A DNA stretch of 64,000 nt. Origin: a virus. A program made the translations under genes and the position numbers. Below, piece by piece: positions 46,780 through 57,116 of the stretch. Numbering within the stretch: the stretch's first letter is position 1; every line of letters starts with the position of its first letter. The notes beneath the pieces were generated by a model. That model was not told the origin of the DNA. It did not search any database and was given only the letters and a program-made list of their open reading frames with translations. The stretch lies in IMG/VR virus record IMGVR_UViG_3300034044_000040, positions 1 to 64,000 of that record. The stretch is one strand, 5' to 3'.

Positions 46780-49661
46780 CTATTTCAACAACCATAGCAA
46801 CCCCACTTTTCGGGGGTGACGCGCATGACCGCGAGATTGAGCAAGTCCAAAAAGAATGGGGACATCCACAGCGTGGCAACGCAGATGCACCAATTTTGGT
46901 TCTTTGTGATGCACCCAGCATAGTGGCTGCACGCCAGTCACTCCCGATGGAAATGCCGCTCCACAAGATGTGGGCACAGATGGCACTTGAGCACGGGTTC
47001 CAACAGGAGGATTTCTATTTCATCGGGCTGTGCCCACCAATTCCTAAGTCAGTTGGAAAATCCAAAAAGAAGGAATGGGATTTTATCAAGCCCTACGCGC
47101 GTGAGGTGCGAAGGATAATTGATCACATGAACCCCAAACTCATCATCGCCACGGGGAACAATGCGCTGCGTGCCCTCGCCGGTAAATCCATGGCAATCAC
47201 GAAAAGTCGCGGCATGTTTCACGACCTGTCTGATGCCCACCTTTACAAACTAGGTGCTGACGGCGAGATCATGTCACCTCGGGAAGTGGATATACCGGGC
47301 GTTTCCGCCCCCGTGTTCCCGATGCTGTCACCCAAACTGGTTTCCATACAACCGGATTACCGCCCGATCATGGATGCAGACTTAGGCACCCTGAGCCGGG
47401 TCAAACGAGGTGATTGGGATGTGGCAACCCTTGCCGATATCCCCACGGATTATCGGTGGGTAACAGACTTGCAATTTCTGCTCGATAACCCGCCGACGGC
47501 GATTGCATGGGACACAGAGACAACAGGTCTCAATCCCCTAGCGGAGGATTTCCGGGTCATCACGGTTCAGCTTACGGTGAAAAGCGGGCAGACATTCCTG
47601 TGCCGTGTGTGTGCAGATTATTTTCCTGAGAAATTTCCAGATCAAACAGAAGCGGATATCCTGCGCCTGCGTGGCCAGCTGAAACAGCTCATGGAAAACC
47701 CGTTCATAAAGAAAATAGGGCAGGGTGCGAAATACGATTTCAAGGTCATGCGCTCCATGGGGATAGAAGTTTGCGGCTGGGAATGGGACACCGAGTTGAT
47801 GGCCCGGTTCGTGAATGAAAATTTCATGACCTACAGTCTGGACGATCTGATCCGGATATACGTGCCCGCGATGGCAGGATATGCGGATCACTTCAATGAA
47901 ACCGTGGATAAATCGAACATGATGGCCGTCCCTCCGGAAACGGAATACGACGCCAGCGGAAGGATCGTCAGGGCCGGAATGCGGGAATATGCTGGTGGAG
48001 ATAGTGACGCTACCTTCAGGCTGGCACAGGCGCTGAAGCCGATGCTCATGAAGGACAAGGGAAACCTTCACGTCATGCGTAAGGTTCACATGCGCGGGCT
48101 GCTCGCCTTCACGAAAGTGACGGAGACCTACGGGTTCACTTTCGACACAGCCGCACTTCAGATTTTCCGCGCAGACTTGGAGGAATTCGTTGCCACGGAG
48201 ACACGCGCGCTTGTCCGCATGGTGCCAGCAAAAGTCCGCAGGAAGTATCTCGGGGACAAACAAGGTTTCAAGTTTTCAAGAGCGGATTGTGTTATAGACA
48301 CCCTGTTCGGATACTGGGATGAAAATGACAAATTCCATAAGGGGGACGGCTTTGGCCTGAAGCCGAAAGTGTTCACGGACGGAACCGCAGATGAGCCGCG
48401 CCGCTGCGACAGAATTCCGTCAACCTCCTCAAAAACGCATCTGCCCTATTTCCTGACTGAAAAGGGACCGGGTGGCAGGTTCGTGGAGAGGTACATCGAA
48501 CTCGCAAAAGCCACGAAAATGCTGGACACTTACGCCAAGGGGTTTGAAAAAGTCATAAAAAAAGGTGAGCAGGGTGCGCTGGACCCGGAGCCAAGGAACG
48601 TGATCCTTCCGCAGTACAATTTCAAGACGAACACCAAGAGAACCCAGTCTATTGATCCGAACGGACAGAATTTTCCGAAGCGTGGTAAATTTGCGAAAGC
48701 CTTCCGGAGACTGATAATTGCACCACCGGGTAAAATGCTGATCGCCTCGGACCTCAGCCAAGCGGAATTGCGTATCGCCGCGTGGATGGCAAACGAACCG
48801 ACCATGCTGCAAATCTATCGGGACGGTCTTGATATTCACGTTGCCACGGCAGCACTCGTGTTGCGCATGACCATTGAGCAATTCATGGGGCAGGACAGGG
48901 CATTTTTCAAAAAACATCGCCAGAACGCCAAGCCAACGAATTTCGGATACATCTACGGGGCCATGGCACCCACTTTCGTGCAGGTCGCAAAAACGGAGTA
49001 TGGTGTGGACTTCACGCTTGCGGAAGCAGAAGAGATCAGGGACGTCTTTTTCTCAACGTATAGCGGTTTGGAGGAATGGCACCGGGCAACGAAAGAATTC
49101 GTTCACGCCAACGGTTACGTGAAATCACTCCACGGGTTGACCCGCCACCTCCCATCCATATGGTCTGAAGATTGGAAGGTCATGTCAGGCGCAGAACGCA
49201 ACGCGATAAACAGCCCGGTGCAGAATTTTGGCTCAGACTTGGGGGTCATGGCACTGACGCGACTGGCAGCACAGGCAGACCCAAATCTGATCCGGCCCGT
49301 AGGGTTTATCCATGACCAGCTGATCGCAGAGGTTGATGAGAACTATTACATCGAAGGCATGGGGTGGTTGAAATGGATAATGGAAAATCCGCCGCTTGAA
49401 GAATTTTTCGGTCTCACTCCACCATTGCCGATTATCTCTGATCCTGAGTGGGGCAGAAACTTGGCAGACAGCACGGAACTCGGGGACGCTGAACAATCCA
49501 TGAAGGACGCAGTTGCAGAACACGTCGCACGCCCGCCGTGGTGGGATCGTGATGAAGAAGCGGTATGGGATCGGTTCATGGCCAACAACGACGTTCCGGA
49601 CTATACGGTTCGCGATGTAACTGGGGCCATGCGGCGTCAACACCTCGTGCTCACATCGTAA
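46776..49661 (+). CDS. polA: family A DNA polymerase with N-terminal UDG-like and 3'-5' exonuclease domains
   Basis: WDTETTGL, DLSQAELRIAA, RQNAKPTNFGYIYG, AINSPVQ, IHDQL. Confidence 0.95.
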   Translation: MTISTTIATPLFGGDAHDREIEQVQKEWGHPQRGNADAPILVLCDAPSIVAARQSLPMEMPLHKMWAQMALEHGFQQEDFYFIGLCPPIPKSVGKSKKKEWDFIKPYAREVRRIIDHMNPKLIIATGNNALRALAGKSMAITKSRGMFHDLSDAHLYKLGADGEIMSPREVDIPGVSAPVFPMLSPKLVSIQPDYRPIMDADLGTLSRVKRGDWDVATLADIPTDYRWVTDLQFLLDNPPTAIAWDTETTGLNPLAEDFRVITVQLTVKSGQTFLCRVCADYFPEKFPDQTEADILRLRGQLKQLMENPFIKKIGQGAKYDFKVMRSMGIEVCGWEWDTELMARFVNENFMTYSLDDLIRIYVPAMAGYADHFNETVDKSNMMAVPPETEYDASGRIVRAGMREYAGGDSDATFRLAQALKPMLMKDKGNLHVMRKVHMRGLLAFTKVTETYGFTFDTAALQIFRADLEEFVATETRALVRMVPAKVRRKYLGDKQGFKFSRADCVIDTLFGYWDENDKFHKGDGFGLKPKVFTDGTADEPRRCDRIPSTSSKTHLPYFLTEKGPGGRFVERYIELAKATKMLDTYAKGFEKVIKKGEQGALDPEPRNVILPQYNFKTNTKRTQSIDPNGQNFPKRGKFAKAFRRLIIAPPGKMLIASDLSQAELRIAAWMANEPTMLQIYRDGLDIHVATAALVLRMTIEQFMGQDRAFFKKHRQNAKPTNFGYIYGAMAPTFVQVAKTEYGVDFTLAEAEEIRDVFFSTYSGLEEWHRATKEFVHANGYVKSLHGLTRHLPSIWSEDWKVMSGAERNAINSPVQNFGSDLGVMALTRLAAQADPNLIRPVGFIHDQLIAEVDENYYIEGMGWLKWIMENPPLEEFFGLTPPLPIISDPEWGRNLADSTELGDAEQSMKDAVAEHVARPPWWDRDEEAVWDRFMANNDVPDYTVRDVTGAMRRQHLVLTS

Positions 49662-49699
49662 TTCACCTCATAATTACCGTATAAAATGGAAAATATGTG

Positions 49700-49727
49700 T
49701 TGACAATAATCGTGGGTGTGGTATCTT
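49700..49727 (+). promoter_or_regulatory. Early promoter, family copy 7
   Basis: TTGACA-ataatcgtgggtgtgg-TATCTT. Confidence 0.85.
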
Positions 49728-49761
49728 GTAGTAGTCAGATATAACAGAGAAAGGATTTATC

Positions 49762-50211
49762 ATGACGAGAGTACCACAGGCCAGCGTCACAGTACGGTCC
49801 CGCACTCCACGCGCGATAAACGTCGCCGAGGAAGTGCCCGTTGCCACGACCGTTGACATCGCCCGCGAATTGATCGCAGATATTGTACGCGCAAACGCGG
49901 AGAAGAACCGGCAGGGACGTATTGAAGCTGCGAAGAAAAAAGAGCTTCACAGCCTGATGGCCAAGCATGGCATCGAAAACATTCGCCACGAAGTGGATAA
50001 TGAATTGATCGAAGCTGTCATCGCCGCAGGCGAGAAGACTACGATTGATGTTGCTGCACTGTATAATGCCGTCGAGCTTCCGGTTTTCCTGTCCACCGTA
50101 TCGGCCACACAAGGCGCGGTGAAAGAAAAATGTGGATCAAACGTGCTGGCGATGGTATCAACGGCGAAAGCAACTGATCCCGTGCTCAGCGTGAAAAAGG
50201 TTAAAGCCTGA
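49762..50211 (+). CDS. hypothetical protein
   Basis: AAAGGA RBS; has its own promoter and downstream hairpin. Confidence 0.7.
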   Translation: MTRVPQASVTVRSRTPRAINVAEEVPVATTVDIARELIADIVRANAEKNRQGRIEAAKKKELHSLMAKHGIENIRHEVDNELIEAVIAAGEKTTIDVAALYNAVELPVFLSTVSATQGAVKEKCGSNVLAMVSTAKATDPVLSVKKVKA

Positions 50212-50277
50212 GCACCTTCATACTTGACGAGTTCGCTGGCCACCTTTCTCGTCTGACATAGTAGAACTGGCCAGCGC

Positions 50278-50309
50278 GGGGCGTCTCTGTTTCTGTCCGG
50301 AGACGCCCC
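50278..50309 (+). terminator. hairpin/terminator
   Basis: GGGGCGTCTC...GAGACGCCCC followed by ATTATTT. Confidence 0.6.
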
Positions 50310-50333
50310 ATTATTTGCAACGGGTTGCACGTA

Positions 50334-51410
50334 ATGAAAGAAAACGATCTTCGCCTCATCCTGAAACGCCTGAACATTGAAATGGGCACGCCGAACCATT
50401 CAGGGTGGGGGCACACATCCTGCCCATTTGCCCCTTGGAAGCACAAAGGTGGCGTTGACCGTTCGCAGGGGTTCGCCGTGAAGGTAGAGGATGGGGGGCT
50501 GTCAGCATTCACTTGCCCCGCCTGTAAATCACACGGTCGCATAGACACCCTCGCAAAAGAGCTTGGGCGGCTGCGGCAGGTGGATTACACACCAGTCATA
50601 AACGACATCAATAAGATCGAAATGCTGCGCATGACAATGCTGCCACCATGGGAGCAGCGCGCCATTCAATGCAGCGTGGAAACGCTACCGGAGCCTCTGG
50701 ACCCAGACGTGTACGATCCCCTTGATATCTTCGATGACATATCAGCACACAGCGAAGCCGTAGAATTTATGGAGCAGCGGCGTGTCAGCCAAGAGGCAGC
50801 CGACCGGGCGTGCATCCGTTTTGATCCAGACAAACGGCGCATCGTATTTCCCGTCCGGGATCGTGAGGGGCGGCTCTATGGGTTTACCGGGAGGACCGTA
50901 ATTCCAGATCACAAACCGAAGGTGCTCGATTACGCAAATCTGCCGAAACGCATGTTGATTTTGGGTGAACACACATGGAAAGCGGATAGGCAGACCCTTA
51001 TTGTCGAGGGCCTGTTCGCCTATGCAAGATTTCTGACCGAGGGTGCGGATGCGATATACAATGTCGGGGCGTTGCTGGGGTCAGAGGTGACACCCGGAAA
51101 GGCAGCCATACTCCGCAAATGGGCGCGGCCCACCCACCTGATATTGGACCCTGACCCGGCGGGTGATGCCGGTATATTCGGCAAAATGAAAAAGACAGGC
51201 AGGGTGCTATCGAACGGGGAAGAGGAAGTCCGGAGGGACGTTGAGAGCGGAGCCTTATGGATGCTGGCGGAACACATGCCCGTGTATGTGCCTGAGTATC
51301 CCGAGGGGGTTACCGATCCGGATGATCTCACCATGGAGCAGATCGTGACCATGACGACGGGGCAGTTTCCCGTGCCGAAGCCGAAGAAATTATTTTCACG
51401 TAGTACCTAG
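50334..51410 (+). CDS. dnaG: DNA primase (Zn finger plus TOPRIM)
   Basis: CPF..H...CPAC; RIVFPVRD..G...GFTGR; IVEG; LDPDPAG; DPDDL. Confidence 0.88.
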   Translation: MKENDLRLILKRLNIEMGTPNHSGWGHTSCPFAPWKHKGGVDRSQGFAVKVEDGGLSAFTCPACKSHGRIDTLAKELGRLRQVDYTPVINDINKIEMLRMTMLPPWEQRAIQCSVETLPEPLDPDVYDPLDIFDDISAHSEAVEFMEQRRVSQEAADRACIRFDPDKRRIVFPVRDREGRLYGFTGRTVIPDHKPKVLDYANLPKRMLILGEHTWKADRQTLIVEGLFAYARFLTEGADAIYNVGALLGSEVTPGKAAILRKWARPTHLILDPDPAGDAGIFGKMKKTGRVLSNGEEEVRRDVESGALWMLAEHMPVYVPEYPEGVTDPDDLTMEQIVTMTTGQFPVPKPKKLFSRST

Positions 51411-51445
51411 TATACGATTGACAAACAAACTGTGACGTAGTAGAG

Positions 51446-51784
51446 GTGGTATGTCACATCGTGCAACAGGGGATTGCATACGAAATGCTGCCAGATACAT
51501 CATCAGTCGTGAAAGAAATAGCTTCCCGCCTCATGCGGGATGGTTGCGTCACCACAATGACGAGCACCGGCAGACGCCTGTTTCTGATATCCTCACGCAC
51601 TTTGAAAATGGATGAACCGGGCATATTGGTTTCCCTCGAAAAAGGGGGCTGCCATTTCTGGGATGGCAAGGAACAAATAAACCAATTTAAGCTGATATCC
51701 TCTGGCTTTGACACTGAAACCTCTGCTATATTGGCAGGTGTTCTACACGCAGTGAACGAAGAAATAGGCCACGCAGGCCGATAA
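51446..51784 (+). CDS. hypothetical protein
   Basis: ORF between primase and SSB; start uncertain; TTGACA at 51418. Confidence 0.5.
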   Translation: MVCHIVQQGIAYEMLPDTSSVVKEIASRLMRDGCVTTMTSTGRRLFLISSRTLKMDEPGILVSLEKGGCHFWDGKEQINQFKLISSGFDTETSAILAGVLHAVNEEIGHAGR

Positions 51785-51848
51785 TATCAAAACAGGGCCA
51801 TACACGCCCATCAGGACCAAAAAGTCCACGAACCTCGGAGTAATAAAA

Positions 51849-53030
51849 ATGACTATACAACCACCTCGTGCCCCACTCGGGGGAGCATCTGTTCCACAGG
51901 GTACCCGCCCTCAGCGTGACCTTTCATGGGTTAAGACAGGTCAAGCGGCACGCACCACAGGTCAAGCCGTGCAGCATGACAATGAAATTCGCCGCGAGCA
52001 GCGGCAAAAAGAATACAAATGGCCAAACAGGTTCTTTCTGAAATCCGCCCCGGATCAGAACGGTGCCGGTCACATCGGTGATATCATCATCTTGGACGCG
52101 GAACCCGGCCCTCATTATTTTGAACACATGATGCCGAACGACAAGGGGTGGAAACAAATCCCCGTGCCTTGCGCCAAAGAGTTTGACAACTGCCCATTAT
52201 GTCCGCCAAACGGCACGGATGAAAGTGCCTATGTCATGTTGTTGACGGTACTGAACCTTCAGGGGTACTGGTCAAAAAAGGAAAACCGCCAAATCCATCC
52301 GACGCGCGAATTGTTGGTGGTTAAAGTCGGTCAGCACAATGATTTCTATCAACTCAAAGAAATGTTTGGCACCCTTCGCGGCCTTCAACTTCGCATGTTC
52401 CGGAACGGGCAGCGCTCACCCCGGATCGGCGCGATTGACGGGCTTTCTCAGATACTGGACGGCACTTTCAAACCTCAGCAGCACACGGATGAAGCCATCG
52501 TTGGTTACCTGACCCAGATGAACAAGATGGGGCCTGATACCTATGTGAACCAACAGCGAAAAACCATCGAAAAATACCCTGCCGGTCACATGGCGCAGCC
52601 CTTTGAGTATGCAGAGTTTCTTGAGCGCCCTGATGTGGAAGCCATGCGTCAGCGGTGGGGCGGATCACCCCCGCTCGGGGCCTATGCGGGTGATGACAGC
52701 AGCCAATGGGGCAACAACGCGCCGCCAGTGGCCCAGCCACCCGCAGGATACCCGCCTGTTGGAGCACACCCCCCAGCTGGAGCATCTGCCCCCATCCCCA
52801 CGACCGTTGCCCCCACGACCATTGGGGCCTTTGCGCCTACGCAGTCAGGAAGTATCCAGCCCACATCCGGCATACAGCCCACTACGATCCAGCCCGGTGC
52901 TCAGCCACAACAACCCGGCATACCACCCATGACAATGGCAGCGCCGGTGAGAGACCGCACACCACCGCAGACTGAGAACCCACCTGCCGTCGCATCCGCA
53001 ACAATTGATGATGACGAAATACCGTTCTAG
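51849..53030 (+). CDS. single-stranded DNA-binding protein (gp32-like)
   Basis: RFFLK, H...C.....CPLC zinc site, Pro/Gln-rich linker, DDDEIPF tail. Confidence 0.75.
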   Translation: MTIQPPRAPLGGASVPQGTRPQRDLSWVKTGQAARTTGQAVQHDNEIRREQRQKEYKWPNRFFLKSAPDQNGAGHIGDIIILDAEPGPHYFEHMMPNDKGWKQIPVPCAKEFDNCPLCPPNGTDESAYVMLLTVLNLQGYWSKKENRQIHPTRELLVVKVGQHNDFYQLKEMFGTLRGLQLRMFRNGQRSPRIGAIDGLSQILDGTFKPQQHTDEAIVGYLTQMNKMGPDTYVNQQRKTIEKYPAGHMAQPFEYAEFLERPDVEAMRQRWGGSPPLGAYAGDDSSQWGNNAPPVAQPPAGYPPVGAHPPAGASAPIPTTVAPTTIGAFAPTQSGSIQPTSGIQPTTIQPGAQPQQPGIPPMTMAAPVRDRTPPQTENPPAVASATIDDDEIPF

Positions 53031-53191
53031 GGGGTAGCTCAAAGGCTGGATGACTTTTCTGTTTTCAAGACGGCCTCTAAATGTCAACGAAACCAGTGGA
53101 GGGGAGGGCGCGACACATATTTGGCATGATCAGATATACGTCACGTCCCCCCACTCCTACAGATACACCGTATTTTGCAACGGGTTGCACA

Positions 53192-54640
53192 ATGAACCAA
53201 TTGATCCCACCTCACGTAGACGCCGCCACCCTTTCAGGGTGGTTTTACGTGCCGTATTCAGCACTTGGAGGTGAGCGTGGCGTGCGGGAGGAAAAGGGAC
53301 TGCTCACGATAAAATCGCCATATGCTGAGGACATTGACGAACCCATTCGCATGTACAAGGACATCCCCTCGCGCGCCCTGCTCGGTATACCCCGCGCCTA
53401 TGCCTTAGAGCGGTTCCCTTGGCTGTCCTACACAGACAAGAGGACATTTGGCGAAGATATATTACCCACACCAAAACGACCTGATCCAAATCATCCAGCG
53501 GTCAAGGAACCTGAACGGCAAAAGAAATTTATACTCGCCCTGCACGACGCCGCCAGAGCACATGGAAGTTTCATGGCACAGGCCGCGACGGGTTCCGGAA
53601 AAACAGTATGCGCCCTTGACGCCGCCGCAGAAATGGGACGGAAGACACTTGTTTTGGTGCATCTTGAGCGGTTGCGGGACCAATGGCTTGACGAAATCAA
53701 GGACAAGCTCGGGGTTCCGGAGGCTCGCATCGGTATAGTGCAGGGTCCAACCTGTGAATATATCGGAAAGGATTTCGTTGTCGGGTTGATGCCTAGCCTG
53801 TCACAGCGGAAAGATTATCCACGTGACTTCTATCAGTCGTTCGGCACCGTCATTGTGGACGAGGTGCATCGCGTTGGCACTCCACTCCTCAGCAAATGCG
53901 TACCACTTTTTCCGGCATATTATCGGTGGGGTTTTTCTGCCACGATCAAGCGGCGGGATGGTATGGATAAGGTGGCGTTCAACCACATCGGACCCCTGCG
54001 GGTGACGTCAAAGGCGACCGCGCTGGCATGTTCGGTGTACGTGAAGCGATACAAAACGCAGAGAAAACTATGGGGCAACAGCCCGATCCAGAGAGCCAAA
54101 TGCCTCGCATCGGACCCTGATCGCAACGCCATGCTGGTGGACCTTATACGCAGGAATTACGCTGTCGGAAGGAACATGCTGATCATCGGAAAATATGTGG
54201 ACCACCTGCAAGACCTGATGGAGGAATGCATCAGACAAGGGGTACCACAAACAGCTTGCGGCCAATTTACCGGGGAGAAACTGCAACGGCAGTGGACCAA
54301 TACGAATAACGGCTGGCGGCTGGTCACAACGAAGCGTATCAAGGTGAAGAAAGAGGAGTTTGATCACATAAAAAAACACAGTCAGCTGATCTTCGCAACC
54401 TATGGCATGTTCAAAGAAGGGATCGACGTCCCTCGTCTCGATTGTGGAATTGACGTGTTGCCACAGAGCGAAGCCACACAGGTTATAGGCCGTATCCGCC
54501 GCCCCCTTGAGGGAAAACCGCAACCGTACTGGATCACCCCGCTGGACGTTAGCTGTCCGATTTCACGCCGCATGTTTGATAAACGGAGGGTAGATTATCA
54601 CACAACCGGGTGTAGGATAGTCGAGAGCCAGAAAATTTAA
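53192..54640 (+). CDS. superfamily 2 helicase
   Basis: ATGSGKT, VDEVH, SAT, EGIDVPRLD, QVIGRIRR. Confidence 0.92.
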   Translation: MNQLIPPHVDAATLSGWFYVPYSALGGERGVREEKGLLTIKSPYAEDIDEPIRMYKDIPSRALLGIPRAYALERFPWLSYTDKRTFGEDILPTPKRPDPNHPAVKEPERQKKFILALHDAARAHGSFMAQAATGSGKTVCALDAAAEMGRKTLVLVHLERLRDQWLDEIKDKLGVPEARIGIVQGPTCEYIGKDFVVGLMPSLSQRKDYPRDFYQSFGTVIVDEVHRVGTPLLSKCVPLFPAYYRWGFSATIKRRDGMDKVAFNHIGPLRVTSKATALACSVYVKRYKTQRKLWGNSPIQRAKCLASDPDRNAMLVDLIRRNYAVGRNMLIIGKYVDHLQDLMEECIRQGVPQTACGQFTGEKLQRQWTNTNNGWRLVTTKRIKVKKEEFDHIKKHSQLIFATYGMFKEGIDVPRLDCGIDVLPQSEATQVIGRIRRPLEGKPQPYWITPLDVSCPISRRMFDKRRVDYHTTGCRIVESQKI

Positions 54641-54656
54641 AATATGAGAGAACACC

Positions 54657-55214
54657 ATGACCCAGAAAGATGACCGCAATAATCGCCGTGCAGACCGGTA
54701 CGAAACGGATGAAATATATCGCAACAAGGCGCAGAACAGGTCGCGAGCCTCGTACCGCCAGAAAACCGGCATGTCCCTGCGCGATCCACGCGAGAACCTG
54801 AGCCATCTTGATGACTTTGGAAAGACGCGCATGACACACCTTCCGGGCGGGGACGCTTACCGGTGGGTTTTCACAAAGATGGAAGTCGCTGAGGTATTCG
54901 GCAGAACCCCGAAGATGTTCTACCGGTGGGTTAATGACGGGCGTTTCCCTGCCCCGGTGGTGACCGCGATAGACTATCCAATCACACGGGATTATAAGAA
55001 CCAGATGGGTGTCAAGGTTCCTCAGACCGTGGAGGTCTATACCGCAGAAGAGGTTAAGGCTGCACTCCTCGTGCTGGGCCAGCATCTTTCGGAGGTCGCA
55101 TACTATCGAAATGATCACGAAACGCAGCGCCGCAATCTCTACGCTGTCATGCAGACCGCACGAAAAAGCATCGGCCTTCCTGAATTTGCCGATACGAAAG
55201 GGGGCAAAAAATGA
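54657..55214 (+). CDS. HTH DNA-binding protein (MerR/AlpA-like)
   Basis: FTKMEVAEVFGRTPKMFYRWVNDGRFPAP. Confidence 0.75.
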   Translation: MTQKDDRNNRRADRYETDEIYRNKAQNRSRASYRQKTGMSLRDPRENLSHLDDFGKTRMTHLPGGDAYRWVFTKMEVAEVFGRTPKMFYRWVNDGRFPAPVVTAIDYPITRDYKNQMGVKVPQTVEVYTAEEVKAALLVLGQHLSEVAYYRNDHETQRRNLYAVMQTARKSIGLPEFADTKGGKK

Positions 55215-55576
55215 GCGCACAAATCCGAGACAGAACCCCACGGGCGGTGGATATCACACCATCTGAAGATGATCAGCCACTCACCGGGGTGATTGGGTAC
55301 GCCATAGCCAGACGCACAGCATACGGCAATGAAGCGGAGACCCTTGAGGAAATCAGGGTGCCGATATTTCACACCGCCCCGGCGCGGGTCCGCGTATCCG
55401 GATCAGTCACACAGAATTTGGGTGATTACAATTCAGCCCGCGTGGAGGTGTCGGTGGAAATGCCGTGCCTACCGGAAGCCACAGAGGTCCAGCGCGTGTA
55501 TCACATGCTATCAGCCCAAGTGGATGAAATGTGCCGTCGTGAACTGGCGGTCGCAACCGGCCAACAAGTCTCTTGA
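55211..55576 (+). CDS. conserved phage hypothetical protein
   Basis: TQNLGDYNSARVEV motif; overlapping start. Confidence 0.65.
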   Translation: MSAQIRDRTPRAVDITPSEDDQPLTGVIGYAIARRTAYGNEAETLEEIRVPIFHTAPARVRVSGSVTQNLGDYNSARVEVSVEMPCLPEATEVQRVYHMLSAQVDEMCRRELAVATGQQVS

Positions 55577-55584
55577 GAAAGAAA

Positions 55585-56721
55585 ATGAATATGACACGTG
55601 ATCGCAAACCCCCGAGCGCCAGTGAAGCAACACCTGCGGAGAACTTGGTTGATGCCAGTCAGGCGTTTCTAGAGCGGGGGGAACTCGGTGCCCTCATGGG
55701 GCAGGTATCAAAGATACACGGCCCGAACGTAATCCGGGCAGCAGAATTGCGGCCCCGTTTCAAGCACATACCCACGAACGTGTTTTCCCTTGACCTCGCG
55801 CTGCACGGTGGGTTCCCGGAAGGTGCCGTATCACTGGTATACGGGCGGGCCGGATCGGGCAAAACCACCATTTGTATGCGGACGCTGGCTTCAGCGCAAA
55901 AGAAATATCCTGACATGGCCACGGTATTTGTCGATATTGAGGGCACCTACCAGCCCGAATGGGGGGAACGTCACGGTATCGACAACAGCCGCCTCGCCTT
56001 GATCCAGCCTGACAGCGGGGAGCAAGCGCTCGATCTTGCAGCCGCAGCAGTATCTGCAAATGAAGTGTCGTGCATAGTGGTTGACAGTCTGGCAGCCCTT
56101 ACCCCCATGAAAGAACTGAACAAGTCTATGGAAGACCTGACAGTTGGGGAGCAGGGGAAGCTGATCGCAAGATTTTGCAGGGTCACCTGCGCAAAGCTGA
56201 ATTCAGAGCGTCGGCGCGGACACAGACCGGCGTTGTTGTGGATTAATCAATGGCGGCAGAAAATCGGCGTGATGTTCGGTGATCCCCGCGTCCTACCCGG
56301 TGGTGAGGCGCAGCACTATACCGCATCCACAAAAGTTGAAATGAAAAACAAAGAGCAAATGGGCAAGGATGCTGAGGGCAATCACATCGTTGATTACAAC
56401 GAACATGCCTTCAAGGTGGACAAATCGAAGATCGGCGTCGGTATCCGCGAGGGTGAATTCACCATGATACGAAACCCGGATAATCCTCTGGGCATGGGGT
56501 TCATAGATGAGGCCCGCACCGTGATAAACTGGGCACGAAAGCACGACCTGATCACTGGCGGCGGGTCATCGTGGCGGGTGAACGACGTCGATACAAAATT
56601 TGGTAGGCTTCAGGAAATCGCGGATTATTTTTATTCCGATGATGAATTCTACGACGCTTTCAAGCAACAGCTGATCCGGGCGTATCGGGTAAAATGTGAT
56701 CTGAAAGAGGAGTATCTGTGA
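55585..56721 (+). CDS. recA: recombinase RecA
   Basis: LDLALHGGFP, YGRAGSGKTT, QPDSGEQAL, VVDSLAAL, INQWRQKIGVMFGDP..PGG. Confidence 0.96.
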   Translation: MNMTRDRKPPSASEATPAENLVDASQAFLERGELGALMGQVSKIHGPNVIRAAELRPRFKHIPTNVFSLDLALHGGFPEGAVSLVYGRAGSGKTTICMRTLASAQKKYPDMATVFVDIEGTYQPEWGERHGIDNSRLALIQPDSGEQALDLAAAAVSANEVSCIVVDSLAALTPMKELNKSMEDLTVGEQGKLIARFCRVTCAKLNSERRRGHRPALLWINQWRQKIGVMFGDPRVLPGGEAQHYTASTKVEMKNKEQMGKDAEGNHIVDYNEHAFKVDKSKIGVGIREGEFTMIRNPDNPLGMGFIDEARTVINWARKHDLITGGGSSWRVNDVDTKFGRLQEIADYFYSDDEFYDAFKQQLIRAYRVKCDLKEEYL

Positions 56722-57116
56722 CCTTACCAACACCAAAACGATTGGGCGGTGGTAACCGGCAGCACGCCAGTGTCAGGCGCTCCAAAGAGCAGGAGGCCAG
56801 CACCGCTTTACGGATGGGCGGTCGGGTCACGAAGCAATCTGGGGGTGGAATTTTCGAAAAAGGTGACGTTCGGGTAAAATCGGTGGTACGGGTTGAAAGC
56901 AAGACAACGAAAAATAAATCTTTTTCGGTGACCGCGCAGATCATTGACAAGATCGAAACACAGGCGCTGGCCTCCGGGGAGGTACCAGTCGTGGACGTGG
57001 AGATAGACAACGCGGGAACACCACGCAGCGTGTATGTTGTGCCTCAGTGGGCGCTTGATGGCATTATTCAGGAATTACAGGAATTACGAGGTAGGGATAG
57101 GGATGGGACTTCTTAA
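56718..57116 (+). CDS. Hjc-like PD-(D/E)xK resolvase/endonuclease
   Basis: QE...A...GG.....SG.....KGDV......VESK. Confidence 0.7.
   Translation: MTLPTPKRLGGGNRQHASVRRSKEQEASTALRMGGRVTKQSGGGIFEKGDVRVKSVVRVESKTTKNKSFSVTAQIIDKIETQALASGEVPVVDVEIDNAGTPRSVYVVPQWALDGIIQELQELRGRDRDGTS

Noticed and set aside
51461-51478. TGCAACAGGGGATTGCA as another palindrome copy
   Set aside because: Wrong spacer length and a mismatch; not counted.
52690-52990. Pro/Gln/Thr-rich repeats in the SSB as a DNA repeat element
   Set aside because: Ordinary low-complexity linker before the acidic tail.
54657-55214. Excisionase implying a temperate lifestyle
   Set aside because: No integrase, att site or CI/Cro switch in the window; the HTH is embedded in a longer protein within the replication operon.
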